From NCBI GenBank assembly GCA_007376485.1, contig VMGJ01000003.1, forward strand, positions 17,252-81,251: DNA of 64,000 nucleotides, read 5' to 3'. Origin of the DNA: Parcubacteria group bacterium Licking1014_17 (GTDB lineage: Bacteria > Patescibacteriota > Minisyncoccia > 2-02-FULL-40-12 > IGHO2-01-FULL-4-A). The notes beneath the pieces are model-generated. The model searched no databases. It had not been told where the DNA came from and saw only the letters and a list, made by a program, of their open reading frames with translations. Shown piece by piece: positions 21,196-31,031 of this stretch. Within the stretch, counting starts at the first letter, position 1; the number at the start of each line of letters is the position of its first letter. Position numbers and translations under genes: made by a program.

Positions 21196-22248
21196 TCAAA
21201 AATCGCTAATTTTAAGCTTTTCATCTTTTCTGACTGGACGTCGGATCTTTCTTCCAATAAATTTCATATATTCTGACGGCGGAACACCATACCCCGGCCT
21301 CTTTGCTTCTAAATCATTAGGTTTGATTATGTCGCCGTCTTTTTTGGGTCTGGTGTATACAATGCTTTTTCTTACTAATTTAACAATCTTGAGTTCGCTG
21401 AGTGTCGGCTTTTTGTTTGGATTTCCGAGCATAATTTCAACTTCTCTTATGACCTTAATTTTTTCCAGCAATTCTGTCGGATTAGACGAAGCAATGTGAT
21501 CTGGGCCTTCCATATTTTTGTCCAATGTAAGATGACACTCGTAAAGCGAGGCGCCCAAAGCAACAGAAGCAATTGCAGCTTGATGATCCACAGTGTGATC
21601 CGAATAACCGATAGGAATCTTAAAGTTTTTAATCATATTGGGAATTACTGAAAGATTTACTTCTTCGGGCCGACATGGATATTCCGTAGTACAGTGCATG
21701 ACCGCAATGTGCTTAACGCCGCGTTGATATAAGCACCTAATCGTTCGGCGTATTTCTTCCATTGAAGACATGCCGGTACTGATGATAATCGGTTTCTTGG
21801 TTTTTGCTATTTCGTCTAAAAGAATAAAATTATTCAAATCTCCGGAGCCGATTTTATACACCAGAATACCGATTGACTCCAAAAAATTTACACTCTGTCT
21901 GCCTCCATGAGGAGTCGATAAAAACATAATTTTTTTGCTCTTGCATCTCTTAATTATTAATTTGTAAAAACTCTCTTTCAGCTCCAATTCCTCGAGCATT
22001 GCTAACTGAGTTCGCTTGCGACCGGTATTTTTCATTTGATAAGGTGCCATTTTACTTAGGCCAGTCACAACGTTTTCTGCTCTGAATGTCTGAAATTTGA
22101 TTGCATTGGCACCGGCTTTTGCTGCTGCATCTACTAGTCTTAGTGCTAAATCCAATTTGCCATTATGATTAACGCCGGCTTCAGCAATGATAAAAACAGG
22201 ACAATTTGCGCCTATTTTTTTATCACCAATTTTAATGATAGCAGTCAT
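21196..22248 (-). CDS. neuB: Nonulosonic acid (NeuB-family) synthase with SAF domain
   Basis: IIAEAGVNHNG, KFQT, KIGSGD, HCTTEYP, GYSDHT and KRPGYG motifs. Confidence 0.93.
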   Translation of the reverse strand: MTAIIKIGDKKIGANCPVFIIAEAGVNHNGKLDLALRLVDAAAKAGANAIKFQTFRAENVVTGLSKMAPYQMKNTGRKRTQLAMLEELELKESFYKLIIKRCKSKKIMFLSTPHGGRQSVNFLESIGILVYKIGSGDLNNFILLDEIAKTKKPIIISTGMSSMEEIRRTIRCLYQRGVKHIAVMHCTTEYPCRPEEVNLSVIPNMIKNFKIPIGYSDHTVDHQAAIASVALGASLYECHLTLDKNMEGPDHIASSNPTELLEKIKVIREVEIMLGNPNKKPTLSELKIVKLVRKSIVYTRPKKDGDIIKPNDLEAKRPGYGVPPSEYMKFIGRKIRRPVRKDEKLKISDF

Positions 22249-22334
22249 TTATATTAATTTTAGAACAAAATAAAAGAAAAAGTCAATATCAAAAGCAATT
22301 TTTGCAGTAAATGACGAAAATATAAAAACCGAGG

Positions 22335-23843
22335 TTACAATTCAGGAGACTTGATGTGTTTTATTATACGGTCTGAAATCAGACGAATATCCCGGTTGTT
22401 TAGAAGTTTGGCCATGTCTCTTTCGGCCTGCATCTCTGTGAAGTTTATCGAAAAAGAATCCTCCATCAGAGCAGAAGCAAAATCTATCAATTCATCTTCC
22501 TTGTGAACATGATTTTCTAACAGTTGTTTAATCAGCAATGGCAATTCGCTGATATTTTGGCAATTTTTAACCATGGAAAGCGAATTGTAGTAAATTGAAC
22601 CGAAGGTAATGACAGGTTTTTTCAGCAAAACAGATTCCCAACCGGGAGTGCCTGTAATGATAGTGGTTAATTTGGCATTTTTTATTATTTCTATTGAATC
22701 TGTCTCGGTTTTAATGAGCCTTACGTTGGGTATTTTTTTCAATTGCCTATAAAAATTAGGATCGCGGTATCCAGTCATGGTCGGGTGCTCTTTGACATAT
22801 AGCTTAAAATTAATGGGCAACGATTGAGCAATGGCCATGGACATCCAAAGCTGGTCCATAAAATAGGGAGCATACATCAAGAGTGTCAGTTCGGGTTCAA
22901 ATTGAAGAGGAAAGAAAACATAATTTTCATTGTAATCAGGGGCATCAAATTTAGGTAATCTATATTTGCTGGTCCATAGCAGAAAGTTGTGTCTCAAAAA
23001 ATCAATCGGCGAATAACTGAAAACTTTGGGAAAAGAATTATCAAACCAGCCGAAGGTTTTATTGATGAAGTTCTTCATAAATAGCGAAAATTTCCTCCAT
23101 CGGCCCTGGGAAAGTGTATTCCACACCTCGGACGGCCTTACGTAATAGGGCTTCGTGGGTTTGTTTCTGAAATTGTTAATCCACGCGATTGCCTCGTTCC
23201 TGAAAGGGCTTGAATGTTCTCCTGCCCTTATTTTTTTGAACAGTCGATCAGTGCCCGTAAAAACGCCGAAAAGACTTTCGGTGATTCCAGCTTTGTCGGA
23301 GGGGCGGGTTACTCCCAAAACCAGAGTTTTTATCCCCAATCCCCGCGCAACATGATAAAGAAGATTCACACCCATTGCGCCGGCGTCGGTAAAAATTACA
23401 AAGTCAGGCTTGCACTCCATTAGCATTTTCTCAATTTTTTTGATTCTTATCTGGAGCTGCTGTTTTATTTGGTAGTGATTGAAAATCGGGCTAAATTTGG
23501 GGTAGAATTGCCGGGGCCAGTTAATAGACATATGCCTGTCGCTGTAAAATTCCTGCCAAAAGTAGGGATGGCCATATTTTTTTTCAGAAGAAGCAAGATA
23601 ATCTTTATCGACAACTTCATCCTTGGCTTCAATTGCCAGAAAGTCGTCCACAATTATCTGGTCATACTTAATATCTTCCTGGTCGTTGATAAAATCCAGG
23701 GCCTTCTTGCCATAAAGGTACCCGCACCAATTGCTGACGCCAAATCTGCTTCTCAAGTCCAGCACCATCGCGTGCTGCCATCTAATATATGAACGGTTAA
23801 AAAAAATACAACCTCTCATTTGTTTATAATTATTTAAAACCAA
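22335..23843 (-). CDS. Capsule-polysaccharide-biosynthesis (KpsS-like) protein, candidate nonulosonate transferase
   Basis: FFPLQFEPE, YVKEHP, ITGTPGWES and KPVITFG motifs; next to neuB. Confidence 0.7.
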   Translation of the reverse strand: MVLNNYKQMRGCIFFNRSYIRWQHAMVLDLRSRFGVSNWCGYLYGKKALDFINDQEDIKYDQIIVDDFLAIEAKDEVVDKDYLASSEKKYGHPYFWQEFYSDRHMSINWPRQFYPKFSPIFNHYQIKQQLQIRIKKIEKMLMECKPDFVIFTDAGAMGVNLLYHVARGLGIKTLVLGVTRPSDKAGITESLFGVFTGTDRLFKKIRAGEHSSPFRNEAIAWINNFRNKPTKPYYVRPSEVWNTLSQGRWRKFSLFMKNFINKTFGWFDNSFPKVFSYSPIDFLRHNFLLWTSKYRLPKFDAPDYNENYVFFPLQFEPELTLLMYAPYFMDQLWMSMAIAQSLPINFKLYVKEHPTMTGYRDPNFYRQLKKIPNVRLIKTETDSIEIIKNAKLTTIITGTPGWESVLLKKPVITFGSIYYNSLSMVKNCQNISELPLLIKQLLENHVHKEDELIDFASALMEDSFSINFTEMQAERDMAKLLNNRDIRLISDRIIKHIKSPEL

Positions 23844-23847
23844 ATGG

Positions 23848-24756
23848 TTATAGATAACTGCGAAATCTTAGGAATAGCCGGTATGCTTTCTCCCCCACCA
23901 ACAAAAACAATAAATTAGCGTACGCCCTTATATTTACCGGATTTATTTTTAGGGCATTCCAAAATAAAACCAAGGCTTCGCGCCTTTTTTCAGGGTAGCA
24001 CATTCGTCCCATTATTAAAAGATGGTTGCTATGTGCTTTGCGGTATTTTTTGTATAAAGGAAGGTGCTTTGAAAGCCCAAATTCATATTCATTAATTCTG
24101 TTATCAATATTCAATTTACTAGTGACAGTTTCCGCATGCCGGTAATATTTATACAAAGGTTCATGAATAAAATCCAAGCTATACTTTTGGGCAATTCTCA
24201 GCCACATATCCCAGTCATCTCCGAACCTAAACTGTTCATCAAAATATCCAACATCCGACAAGACACTGCGTTTAACTATAACTCCGCTGGAGCAAAAAAT
24301 TACGTTTCTCACCAACAATTCTTCCAGATAATTTTCAGATTTTGTAATTCTATAAATGCGTTCTTCATCATGTAGTTCGTCAATGATAAAAGCATCACAT
24401 CCAACCAGGGCTGTGTTATTCTTCCTTGGATGGTCCATCAAATAAACCTGCTTTTCTAGTTTTTTCGGCAGCCACTCGTCGTCATGATCTAAAAAAGCAA
24501 TTAGTTCACCAATAGAGTTTTTTATGCCGGTGTTTTTGGGTCCGGCAGGACCACCGGAATTTTCTTGATATATATACCTAATCCTCGGGTCATTATTTTG
24601 AAATTCGCTGATAATTTCCTTTGTGTTATCAGTAGAACCGTCGTCAACTACTATAAGTTCCCAGTCTCTGAAACTTTGATTTGAAACGCTTTCAATGGTT
24701 CTTTTTATATTTTTGGCACTGTTGAATGCTGGTATAATTATTGAAACTCGTGGCAT
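23848..24756 (-). CDS. GT2 glycosyltransferase
   Basis: VSIIIPAFN, VDDGSTD, FLDHDD and DDWDMWLR motifs. Confidence 0.92.
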   Translation of the reverse strand: MPRVSIIIPAFNSAKNIKRTIESVSNQSFRDWELIVVDDGSTDNTKEIISEFQNNDPRIRYIYQENSGGPAGPKNTGIKNSIGELIAFLDHDDEWLPKKLEKQVYLMDHPRKNNTALVGCDAFIIDELHDEERIYRITKSENYLEELLVRNVIFCSSGVIVKRSVLSDVGYFDEQFRFGDDWDMWLRIAQKYSLDFIHEPLYKYYRHAETVTSKLNIDNRINEYEFGLSKHLPLYKKYRKAHSNHLLIMGRMCYPEKRREALVLFWNALKINPVNIRAYANLLFLLVGEKAYRLFLRFRSYL

Positions 24757-24760
24757 GTTT

Positions 24761-25744
24761 TTATTTTCTGGCCGTTAGATAAAGTCCCTGGCCTTTCTTG
24801 CTGGCAATGAAAAGAATTACTGCTATCGGCCCAAAAACCACAGATAGGACTTTATCTTTCAAAGCTCCAAATTTAGAAACAATATCTTTATATTCATTTT
24901 TAGGATTTTCAGCGTTTCCCATGTTCGTTTTTTTATTTTTGGATTTTATCAGTTTTCTAATAAAAACTCCAAGTCCTAATCTTAACTTTGAGATGATGTA
25001 ATCTATTGGCAACTCCTCTCTAATGGAAATAGATTTGAAACCAATGGTTTTAGCCATTTCCAGTAAACAACTTTTATTCCATCTGGTAAGGTGATGATAG
25101 GGAAAATCCCAAAATTCATTTTTTGAACCTATACGAGAACGATTTGGCGTGCTTAGACAAAAATAACCTCCGATTTTAATGGACTTGAAGACGGCTTCTA
25201 AAAATTCCTTCGGATTATCAAGGTGTTCTATTATTTCAAGTCCGGTAATGACATCATATTCGTCATTATGCTTATTTAAAAAATTTAAAATATCATCTGA
25301 ATAGACATCTGTAAGACCGTAGTTTTTAGCAGTATTAATCTGATTTTCGTCAAAATCTATGCCAATAGTGTTAAAACCGGCTCTTTTAGCTTCAACTAAA
25401 AATCCACCGGTCCCGCAGCCGACATCAAGCAATTTGCCATTTCTAATTCCCGCCCGCGAAAGGGCATTCAAAAAATACTTATTTATTTTTCTGTTCCGCG
25501 CCATCCAAAGAAAAAAGTCTTTATCTACGACATCGCGATGCCTCAAATTTTGCTCGCAATTCTTATACCATTCTGGTCCCGGATTTTTAAAAGGAGACCA
25601 AAATTGGACTCGGCAAAAACGACACTCAAAAAGAGAGAAATCATCGGTGTCTGATTTGAAATTAGAAATAAACTCAAACCCGCCGATTTTACTTTTACAT
25701 ACCGGGCAAATTAAGGGTTCTATTTGAGTAGGCGGTCCTGACAT
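24761..25744 (-). CDS. Class I SAM methyltransferase with N-terminal Zn ribbon
   Basis: CPVC...CRFC, LLDVGCGTG, EIIEHL and STPN motifs. Confidence 0.88.
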   Translation of the reverse strand: MSGPPTQIEPLICPVCKSKIGGFEFISNFKSDTDDFSLFECRFCRVQFWSPFKNPGPEWYKNCEQNLRHRDVVDKDFFLWMARNRKINKYFLNALSRAGIRNGKLLDVGCGTGGFLVEAKRAGFNTIGIDFDENQINTAKNYGLTDVYSDDILNFLNKHNDEYDVITGLEIIEHLDNPKEFLEAVFKSIKIGGYFCLSTPNRSRIGSKNEFWDFPYHHLTRWNKSCLLEMAKTIGFKSISIREELPIDYIISKLRLGLGVFIRKLIKSKNKKTNMGNAENPKNEYKDIVSKFGALKDKVLSVVFGPIAVILFIASKKGQGLYLTARK

Positions 25745-25755
25745 GTTTGAGAATA

Positions 25756-26463
25756 TTATTTTACTTTAAGCAGATAACCTCGAGGATTAAAGGTAAGAAA
25801 GAATTTATTACCAACGTCACTAATAATAAAATTTTTATTTTCTTTTAAAAATTCATCTAATGCTTCCATTGGTCCTGGCCCGTGGTCGGGGAAAACAGGG
25901 TGTCCATTTACGTTAGTGTCCTCAACTATCAGATATTGGCCCAGCGTAACAATATCGCTATACAATCTTAATTCTTTCAATACATGTTCTTTGCTGTGAT
26001 CCGAATCTAAAACAACCATGACTTTTTGTGCATTTTTTACGGAATTTCTGACTTTATCAAACATCTCCAAAGAAACAGATGACCCCAAAAAATATTTTAT
26101 TCTCGGGTGTGCCGGCCTGTGAATATCTTCAATGTCTATTGTTATGACTTCGCCATGATGAATAATGTCACAGATTGATGCAAAAAATAAGGCGCCACCA
26201 CCACGAAAAGTGCCACATTCAATTATTAGGTCCGGCTTTAATTTATAAATCAACTCCTGGTAAATCCAGAGATCTAGTGGACACTTCCTCACGGGAATAC
26301 CTAAAAAGTGGGTATCTTTGTAAGTTTTACCAAGTGTGGCGGCAGAATAATACAATTCGTGAAACTGGTTTACAATTTCCTCTTTATTTCCCGAGCTTAT
26401 AAAGGCTTTTTCGCGGATAATCCGCCGCAAGAATTTTAATTCCTTTTTAATCGTTTTAATCAT
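25756..26463 (-). CDS. CmcI/cephalosporin-hydroxylase-family (rhamnosyl O-methyltransferase-like) protein
   Basis: KCPLDLWIYQE, KPDLIIECGT, LDSDHS and IVEDT motifs. Confidence 0.88.
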   Translation of the reverse strand: MIKTIKKELKFLRRIIREKAFISSGNKEEIVNQFHELYYSAATLGKTYKDTHFLGIPVRKCPLDLWIYQELIYKLKPDLIIECGTFRGGGALFFASICDIIHHGEVITIDIEDIHRPAHPRIKYFLGSSVSLEMFDKVRNSVKNAQKVMVVLDSDHSKEHVLKELRLYSDIVTLGQYLIVEDTNVNGHPVFPDHGPGPMEALDEFLKENKNFIISDVGNKFFLTFNPRGYLLKVK

Positions 26464-26570
26464 ACAGAAACATCAAAAAAAACAAGATTATTCAGTAAAA
26501 TGATAATAGCAAGACAGGAGTTCTTAATCAAATTGACCCAATGCTTGCTAATCTAGACAAAATATGGATA

Positions 26571-27650
26571 TCAATTTATATTTTCAATTAAAATCTCTAA
26601 TTTGTCTACATGGTCATCCCATGTGAATTCCCGGCTGCTGACAATTTTTTTTGCTTCTTGCGCAAGAAAAATAAGTATTTGGGGATTTTTAAAAAGCCTC
26701 CAAGTTGCGTTGGCTATGGCATGCGCATCTTTAGGCGGCACAATGACTCCAGAAAGGCCGTCACGGACAACTTCGGGTATACCGCCTACGGGAGTTGCTA
26801 TTACCGGCAAACCGGCAGCCATAGCCTCAAGAACAGCGTTGGGCATGCCCTCCCACAGTGAAGGAAAAACCAATAGGTCGGCTTCGCTATATGGCGGACT
26901 GCGCCTGCCTAAAAATTTTACATACTTTCCAATACCGAGTTTTTTTACTAATTCTTCCAGTATTTTTTGGCGACGGCCATTGCCGACCAAAATTAATTCA
27001 CAATTAATTCCCGGGAAATTATCTTTGATTATTTTGATTGCCTGAATTAAATAATCCTGACCTTTCTGAATCGTACTCATGGATCCTACATTCAACAACT
27101 TAAAAACGTCGCCGCGGTTATGTTTCGGGATGTTAAAATAAACCGAATCAATGCCGTTACGTATGACTGAAATCTTTTCCCCGGGGATGTAGATCTGACA
27201 GATTAAATCTTTTCTTACGGCTTCGCAATTAGTATAGAATTGGTCAATCTGCCGTTGGGTGGCCCGATTAAACAACTTATTAAAAAAGCCATGTCTTATC
27301 AAAATATTGCTTTCCCGCACTATAAAATTAAATCTGGGCGCAAATATTTTGGCAACTTTAAAAATCATGGTTGAGAAAAGAGAACCGCTTACCACTGCGT
27401 CCGGCTTATTTTTGCGAAGCCACCTAATAAGCTTAACCATTTCTTTTAAATCCAAAAACGAGGCGAAATAAAAAGGTAAGAAATGATCGGTCTTTATTTT
27501 AAGTTCGCTCTGAAGTTCGTTATGCTGATTTTTAAGCATTGGGAAAACAAACACTTCATGACCTCTTCTGGTCATACCATTGACTTCGTGGATAAGAGCA
27601 TACTCACTGCCGCCCTGAGCTAAATCATGTGTTGTAAAAATAATTTTCAT
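26571..27650 (-). CDS. GT4 glycosyltransferase
   Basis: KGQDYLI and PSLWEGMPNAVLEAMAAG motifs. Confidence 0.92.
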   Translation of the reverse strand: MKIIFTTHDLAQGGSEYALIHEVNGMTRRGHEVFVFPMLKNQHNELQSELKIKTDHFLPFYFASFLDLKEMVKLIRWLRKNKPDAVVSGSLFSTMIFKVAKIFAPRFNFIVRESNILIRHGFFNKLFNRATQRQIDQFYTNCEAVRKDLICQIYIPGEKISVIRNGIDSVYFNIPKHNRGDVFKLLNVGSMSTIQKGQDYLIQAIKIIKDNFPGINCELILVGNGRRQKILEELVKKLGIGKYVKFLGRRSPPYSEADLLVFPSLWEGMPNAVLEAMAAGLPVIATPVGGIPEVVRDGLSGVIVPPKDAHAIANATWRLFKNPQILIFLAQEAKKIVSSREFTWDDHVDKLEILIENIN

Positions 27651-27657
27651 ATCTTTA

Positions 27658-29139
27658 TTAATTCCTCAACCGTCCTTTTTCAAAATATTCGCCAGAGGAA
27701 CCGATGGAATTAAGATCGGAAAGATTGGCACGATCACCGGTTCCTTTCGTGTTTTTTATGTTTTTGGCCGCTATGATACCCATTTCCAAAGAATGATCCT
27801 GGTTAGTGTATTTAAAACGCCCCGGGCGGCCAATGTACTGAAGATTATTAAAATTATCAAGGTATTTTTTTACTATACCCAGATTTTTTTTATAATCAAC
27901 ATCATAAACCGGGTAATCTTTGCCACCACGAAATACATAACAATTCCTGACTTCCTTCGCATTAAACAAGCCGTATTTTTCAAAAAACGGAAGAACTAAA
28001 GAAAGCAGTTCGTGACCGGAAGAATTGTGACGTTTATCCCCTTCGTTGCAAAAAAACTCAATAAAAAGAGATGTTTTATCCGGCGGCGACATTTTGGGAC
28101 TAAAATTTTTCATCTCGCTTACTCTATCAAAGGGTATCCCCGATTCCGGAAAATAAATCCATTGGTTTTTAGAAACATAATTTTTATCCAATGTTATAAA
28201 TAAACAAACTTGGCTGCGATACTTGAGATATAAGGCCGCATCCAGCACTTCTTGGGGAGGCAGAGGATCTAGTAATTTTACAAAATCAGTTAAGTGTATA
28301 GACTCAATTAAATTTTTAAGCTCAAAGGTTTGTATTTCCCCGCCCATATTCATTTCCACTGAAATAATTCTACTGTCCCTGTGTTTAACGCCTATGGGAA
28401 AACTTTGAAAATATATGGGATGGCCATGTTCTATTATCCTACTTTTAATGGTCTCATAAATTGTACCTGTTCCATAAATCGGATAATAAAATTCATCAAT
28501 GATAGTTTTTATAGAAGCTTTCCTCCTGAAAAGCATTTTCTTAATTAAACTAAGCAACAGTGAAAAAACGTTTAATCCGGCAATTCTTTGTTGGGCCCAG
28601 TCAGCATGGAGTTTAGACGAATCCATCCCCCATATTTTTTCTGTGTAATTAATAATACTGAAATGGGCCAGTGCCCTGCCGAAATTTGCTAGGGCGTAAT
28701 CCTTAAAGTTGTGTATAGGCTTCCTAAAAATTTTGTATTTTATAAACGCCAGGAGATAATCAATACTCATATTGAAAATTTTTGCCGGACCGACAATGCG
28801 TGCGGCCTGGATATAATTTATTGGATAATCAAAAAACCTACCGCCAATGAATTGTTGAGTATGTCTTTCAATCCTTTGCCAATCATCGCCTATTATTTCC
28901 TCGACAAATTTATAAAGACGCTGATTTTTTGAAAAAAAACGATGAGGACCGTAGTCGGTACGGAACACCAAATTTTCCTCTTTTACCAAATAAGTACGCG
29001 CTAAACCTCCAACTGCGTCATTTTTCTCAAAAATGGCAAAATTATATCCGTTCCTGCTTAATTCATAGCCGGCAGCTAATCCAGCTGGTCCGGCTCCGAT
29101 AATAATAGTTTTAAAATATTTAGATTCTTCCGGTTTCAT
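27658..29139 (-). CDS. FAD-dependent oxidoreductase (HemY/UDP-galactopyranose mutase-like)
   Basis: IIGAGPAGL, GGLART, DYGPHRF, YTEKIWG, FYYP and GRPGRFKYTNQDH motifs. Confidence 0.8.
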   Translation of the reverse strand: MKPEESKYFKTIIIGAGPAGLAAGYELSRNGYNFAIFEKNDAVGGLARTYLVKEENLVFRTDYGPHRFFSKNQRLYKFVEEIIGDDWQRIERHTQQFIGGRFFDYPINYIQAARIVGPAKIFNMSIDYLLAFIKYKIFRKPIHNFKDYALANFGRALAHFSIINYTEKIWGMDSSKLHADWAQQRIAGLNVFSLLLSLIKKMLFRRKASIKTIIDEFYYPIYGTGTIYETIKSRIIEHGHPIYFQSFPIGVKHRDSRIISVEMNMGGEIQTFELKNLIESIHLTDFVKLLDPLPPQEVLDAALYLKYRSQVCLFITLDKNYVSKNQWIYFPESGIPFDRVSEMKNFSPKMSPPDKTSLFIEFFCNEGDKRHNSSGHELLSLVLPFFEKYGLFNAKEVRNCYVFRGGKDYPVYDVDYKKNLGIVKKYLDNFNNLQYIGRPGRFKYTNQDHSLEMGIIAAKNIKNTKGTGDRANLSDLNSIGSSGEYFEKGRLRN

Positions 29140-30511
29140 TTTTATATTTACCGCTGATCAACCGCCGAATTTCCGAGAGAGCGGGTCTCATACTGCCAAA
29201 AAATGATAACAGTAGGAACGGCTGTGCGGGTATACGATAGCGAACATCATAAGAAACTGGGCCAGTCAGTAACATAAATAATATTATAAAAAGAAAAAAG
29301 AAGATAAAATTAGGATCAAATTTCCTATAAAATACAGAATAAAAACTTAAAAGCAATGCTACCCCCCAGAATGCAGACTCAACAAGGTAGCGCCAATGGT
29401 CAGTGGTTTTACGCCAAAGAGATACAAAAGATTTATTCTCGGCCGCCGGATAGCCGGGATGAATAGTTCTGTTGTAAATCTGAATTGCGGATTCTATATC
29501 ACTTTTGAACAAAAAGATGATGCTCCCCTTAATGTGAAAAGTTATATAACCAGCCAGATTGGGCGCCAAATATTTTTTTATCAATGCCAAAATCTTATCT
29601 TGATTTTGAAGAAGCCGCAGATTACCTATACGATTCAGTTCGTTCTGGTAGGATATAAACTCTTCCGGATTTGATTCCCGATTTTTCTCCAAAAAAAGCA
29701 TCAAATTATAATTAGCGAAATTATAGGTGGATAAGGAAGAGAGTGAAAAAACTTTACTTATCCGATAATTTCTTACGCACCAGGGAACCAGCACTACACA
29801 TGACCCGAGAATCATAAAAAACACAGCTAAGACCAATCGGGTTTTAATTTTAACTCTAATCAGCCCAATGAGGGTAATGATTAGTACTAGAACTATGAGA
29901 TAAAGACCTATGGATCTTACTAGGGTCAGGCATCCCAATATTAACCCGCCAGAGAATGCCCAGTAATAATTTATTTCGAAAATTCTTTTAATATACAGAT
30001 AAGTAAAAAGAATGACCAAAAAGACGAATAGGATATCAGAATAAATAACTGCAGTGTAAAAAGAGGTAATCGGATTAATTCCATAAAACAAACCGGCGAA
30101 GAAACCGGCTTTGGGAGAATAGATCTGGCATCCGATTAAAAAAATTAATAAGGAAGTTATTAATAATAGTATAATCTGGAAAAACGGTAAAATCTTTGGA
30201 TTTTTAAAAAACAACAAAATACCAGCCAAAAATAATGGATATCCGGGAGTTCTAAGAGTATCCGGTGCCCCCAAGGAAGAATCAATAGTAAAAACACCTT
30301 TCTCTACAATATTTTCAGCCAGTGTCAGATACTCAGTGGAATCATTTCCCCTAGTAGGATAAATCCTCTGATATAAGCTGCCGCCCTTGTATGACCATGA
30401 CAAAAAAAACGCATAAATAATAAAATTTATCGAAAAAACCAAAATCATCAAAATTTTCCAATAATTACTTTTCAAATCGAGTTTAAACAATTTTCCTTTT
30501 TTCGGCCGCAA
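29120..30511 (-). CDS. GT-C/ArnT-like membrane glycosyltransferase (start uncertain)
   Basis: DSTEY..LAEN, RTPGYPLF, PWCVRNY and RYRIP motifs; multiple TMs. Confidence 0.75.
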   Translation of the reverse strand: MRPKKGKLFKLDLKSNYWKILMILVFSINFIIYAFFLSWSYKGGSLYQRIYPTRGNDSTEYLTLAENIVEKGVFTIDSSLGAPDTLRTPGYPLFLAGILLFFKNPKILPFFQIILLLITSLLIFLIGCQIYSPKAGFFAGLFYGINPITSFYTAVIYSDILFVFLVILFTYLYIKRIFEINYYWAFSGGLILGCLTLVRSIGLYLIVLVLIITLIGLIRVKIKTRLVLAVFFMILGSCVVLVPWCVRNYRISKVFSLSSLSTYNFANYNLMLFLEKNRESNPEEFISYQNELNRIGNLRLLQNQDKILALIKKYLAPNLAGYITFHIKGSIIFLFKSDIESAIQIYNRTIHPGYPAAENKSFVSLWRKTTDHWRYLVESAFWGVALLLSFYSVFYRKFDPNFIFFFLFIILFMLLTGPVSYDVRYRIPAQPFLLLSFFGSMRPALSEIRRLISGKYKNETGRI

Positions 30512-30750
30512 TTTTGCGACTAAATTGTATGTTGCGTATTTTCATAAAACCCAAAAAATTAAGGGGCAAATCACTACGGACAGTTTTTCGGGCTTTATTG
30601 ATATAAAATATCACTTCCCAACGCCGATAACAATATTTTACTTATTCGCTCAAAATGATGATATAACAGGACATTTTAATGTTGACATAATAGTTAATTA
30701 ATAGTAGGTATTAATGGGCATATAAATTACCCCTGAAATCGGAGGAAGGC

Positions 30751-30997
30751 GTGGAAAAAAGCAGAGAAGATAAAGTTGCAATTTACCTGAGGTTCAAAGA
30801 CAGGACAATAAAATTCAGAATATGCCCAGAGGATGTCCGGTTGGATGTTACTCTGGATATTGAAGATTGGGGGTGGCAACATTCAGGTGTTGATAGCCCG
30901 CCGAGATGAAGATCATATACTAGTATGGTCAAACGTTGGCAGTTCTTTCACTATTACAAGAGAATCATCTGGGCGATGGCGGATTAGTAAATCCTGA
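30751..30997 (+). pseudogene. Small hypothetical gene, possibly split at a G5 run
   Basis: GGAGG upstream of GTG at 30751; 52 codons to TGA at 30909; removing one G at 30869-30873 extends the frame to TGA at 30997. Confidence 0.35.
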
Positions 30998-31031
30998 AAG
31001 CCTACAAATTGGTCGGTGAAAGCCGGCCTTT

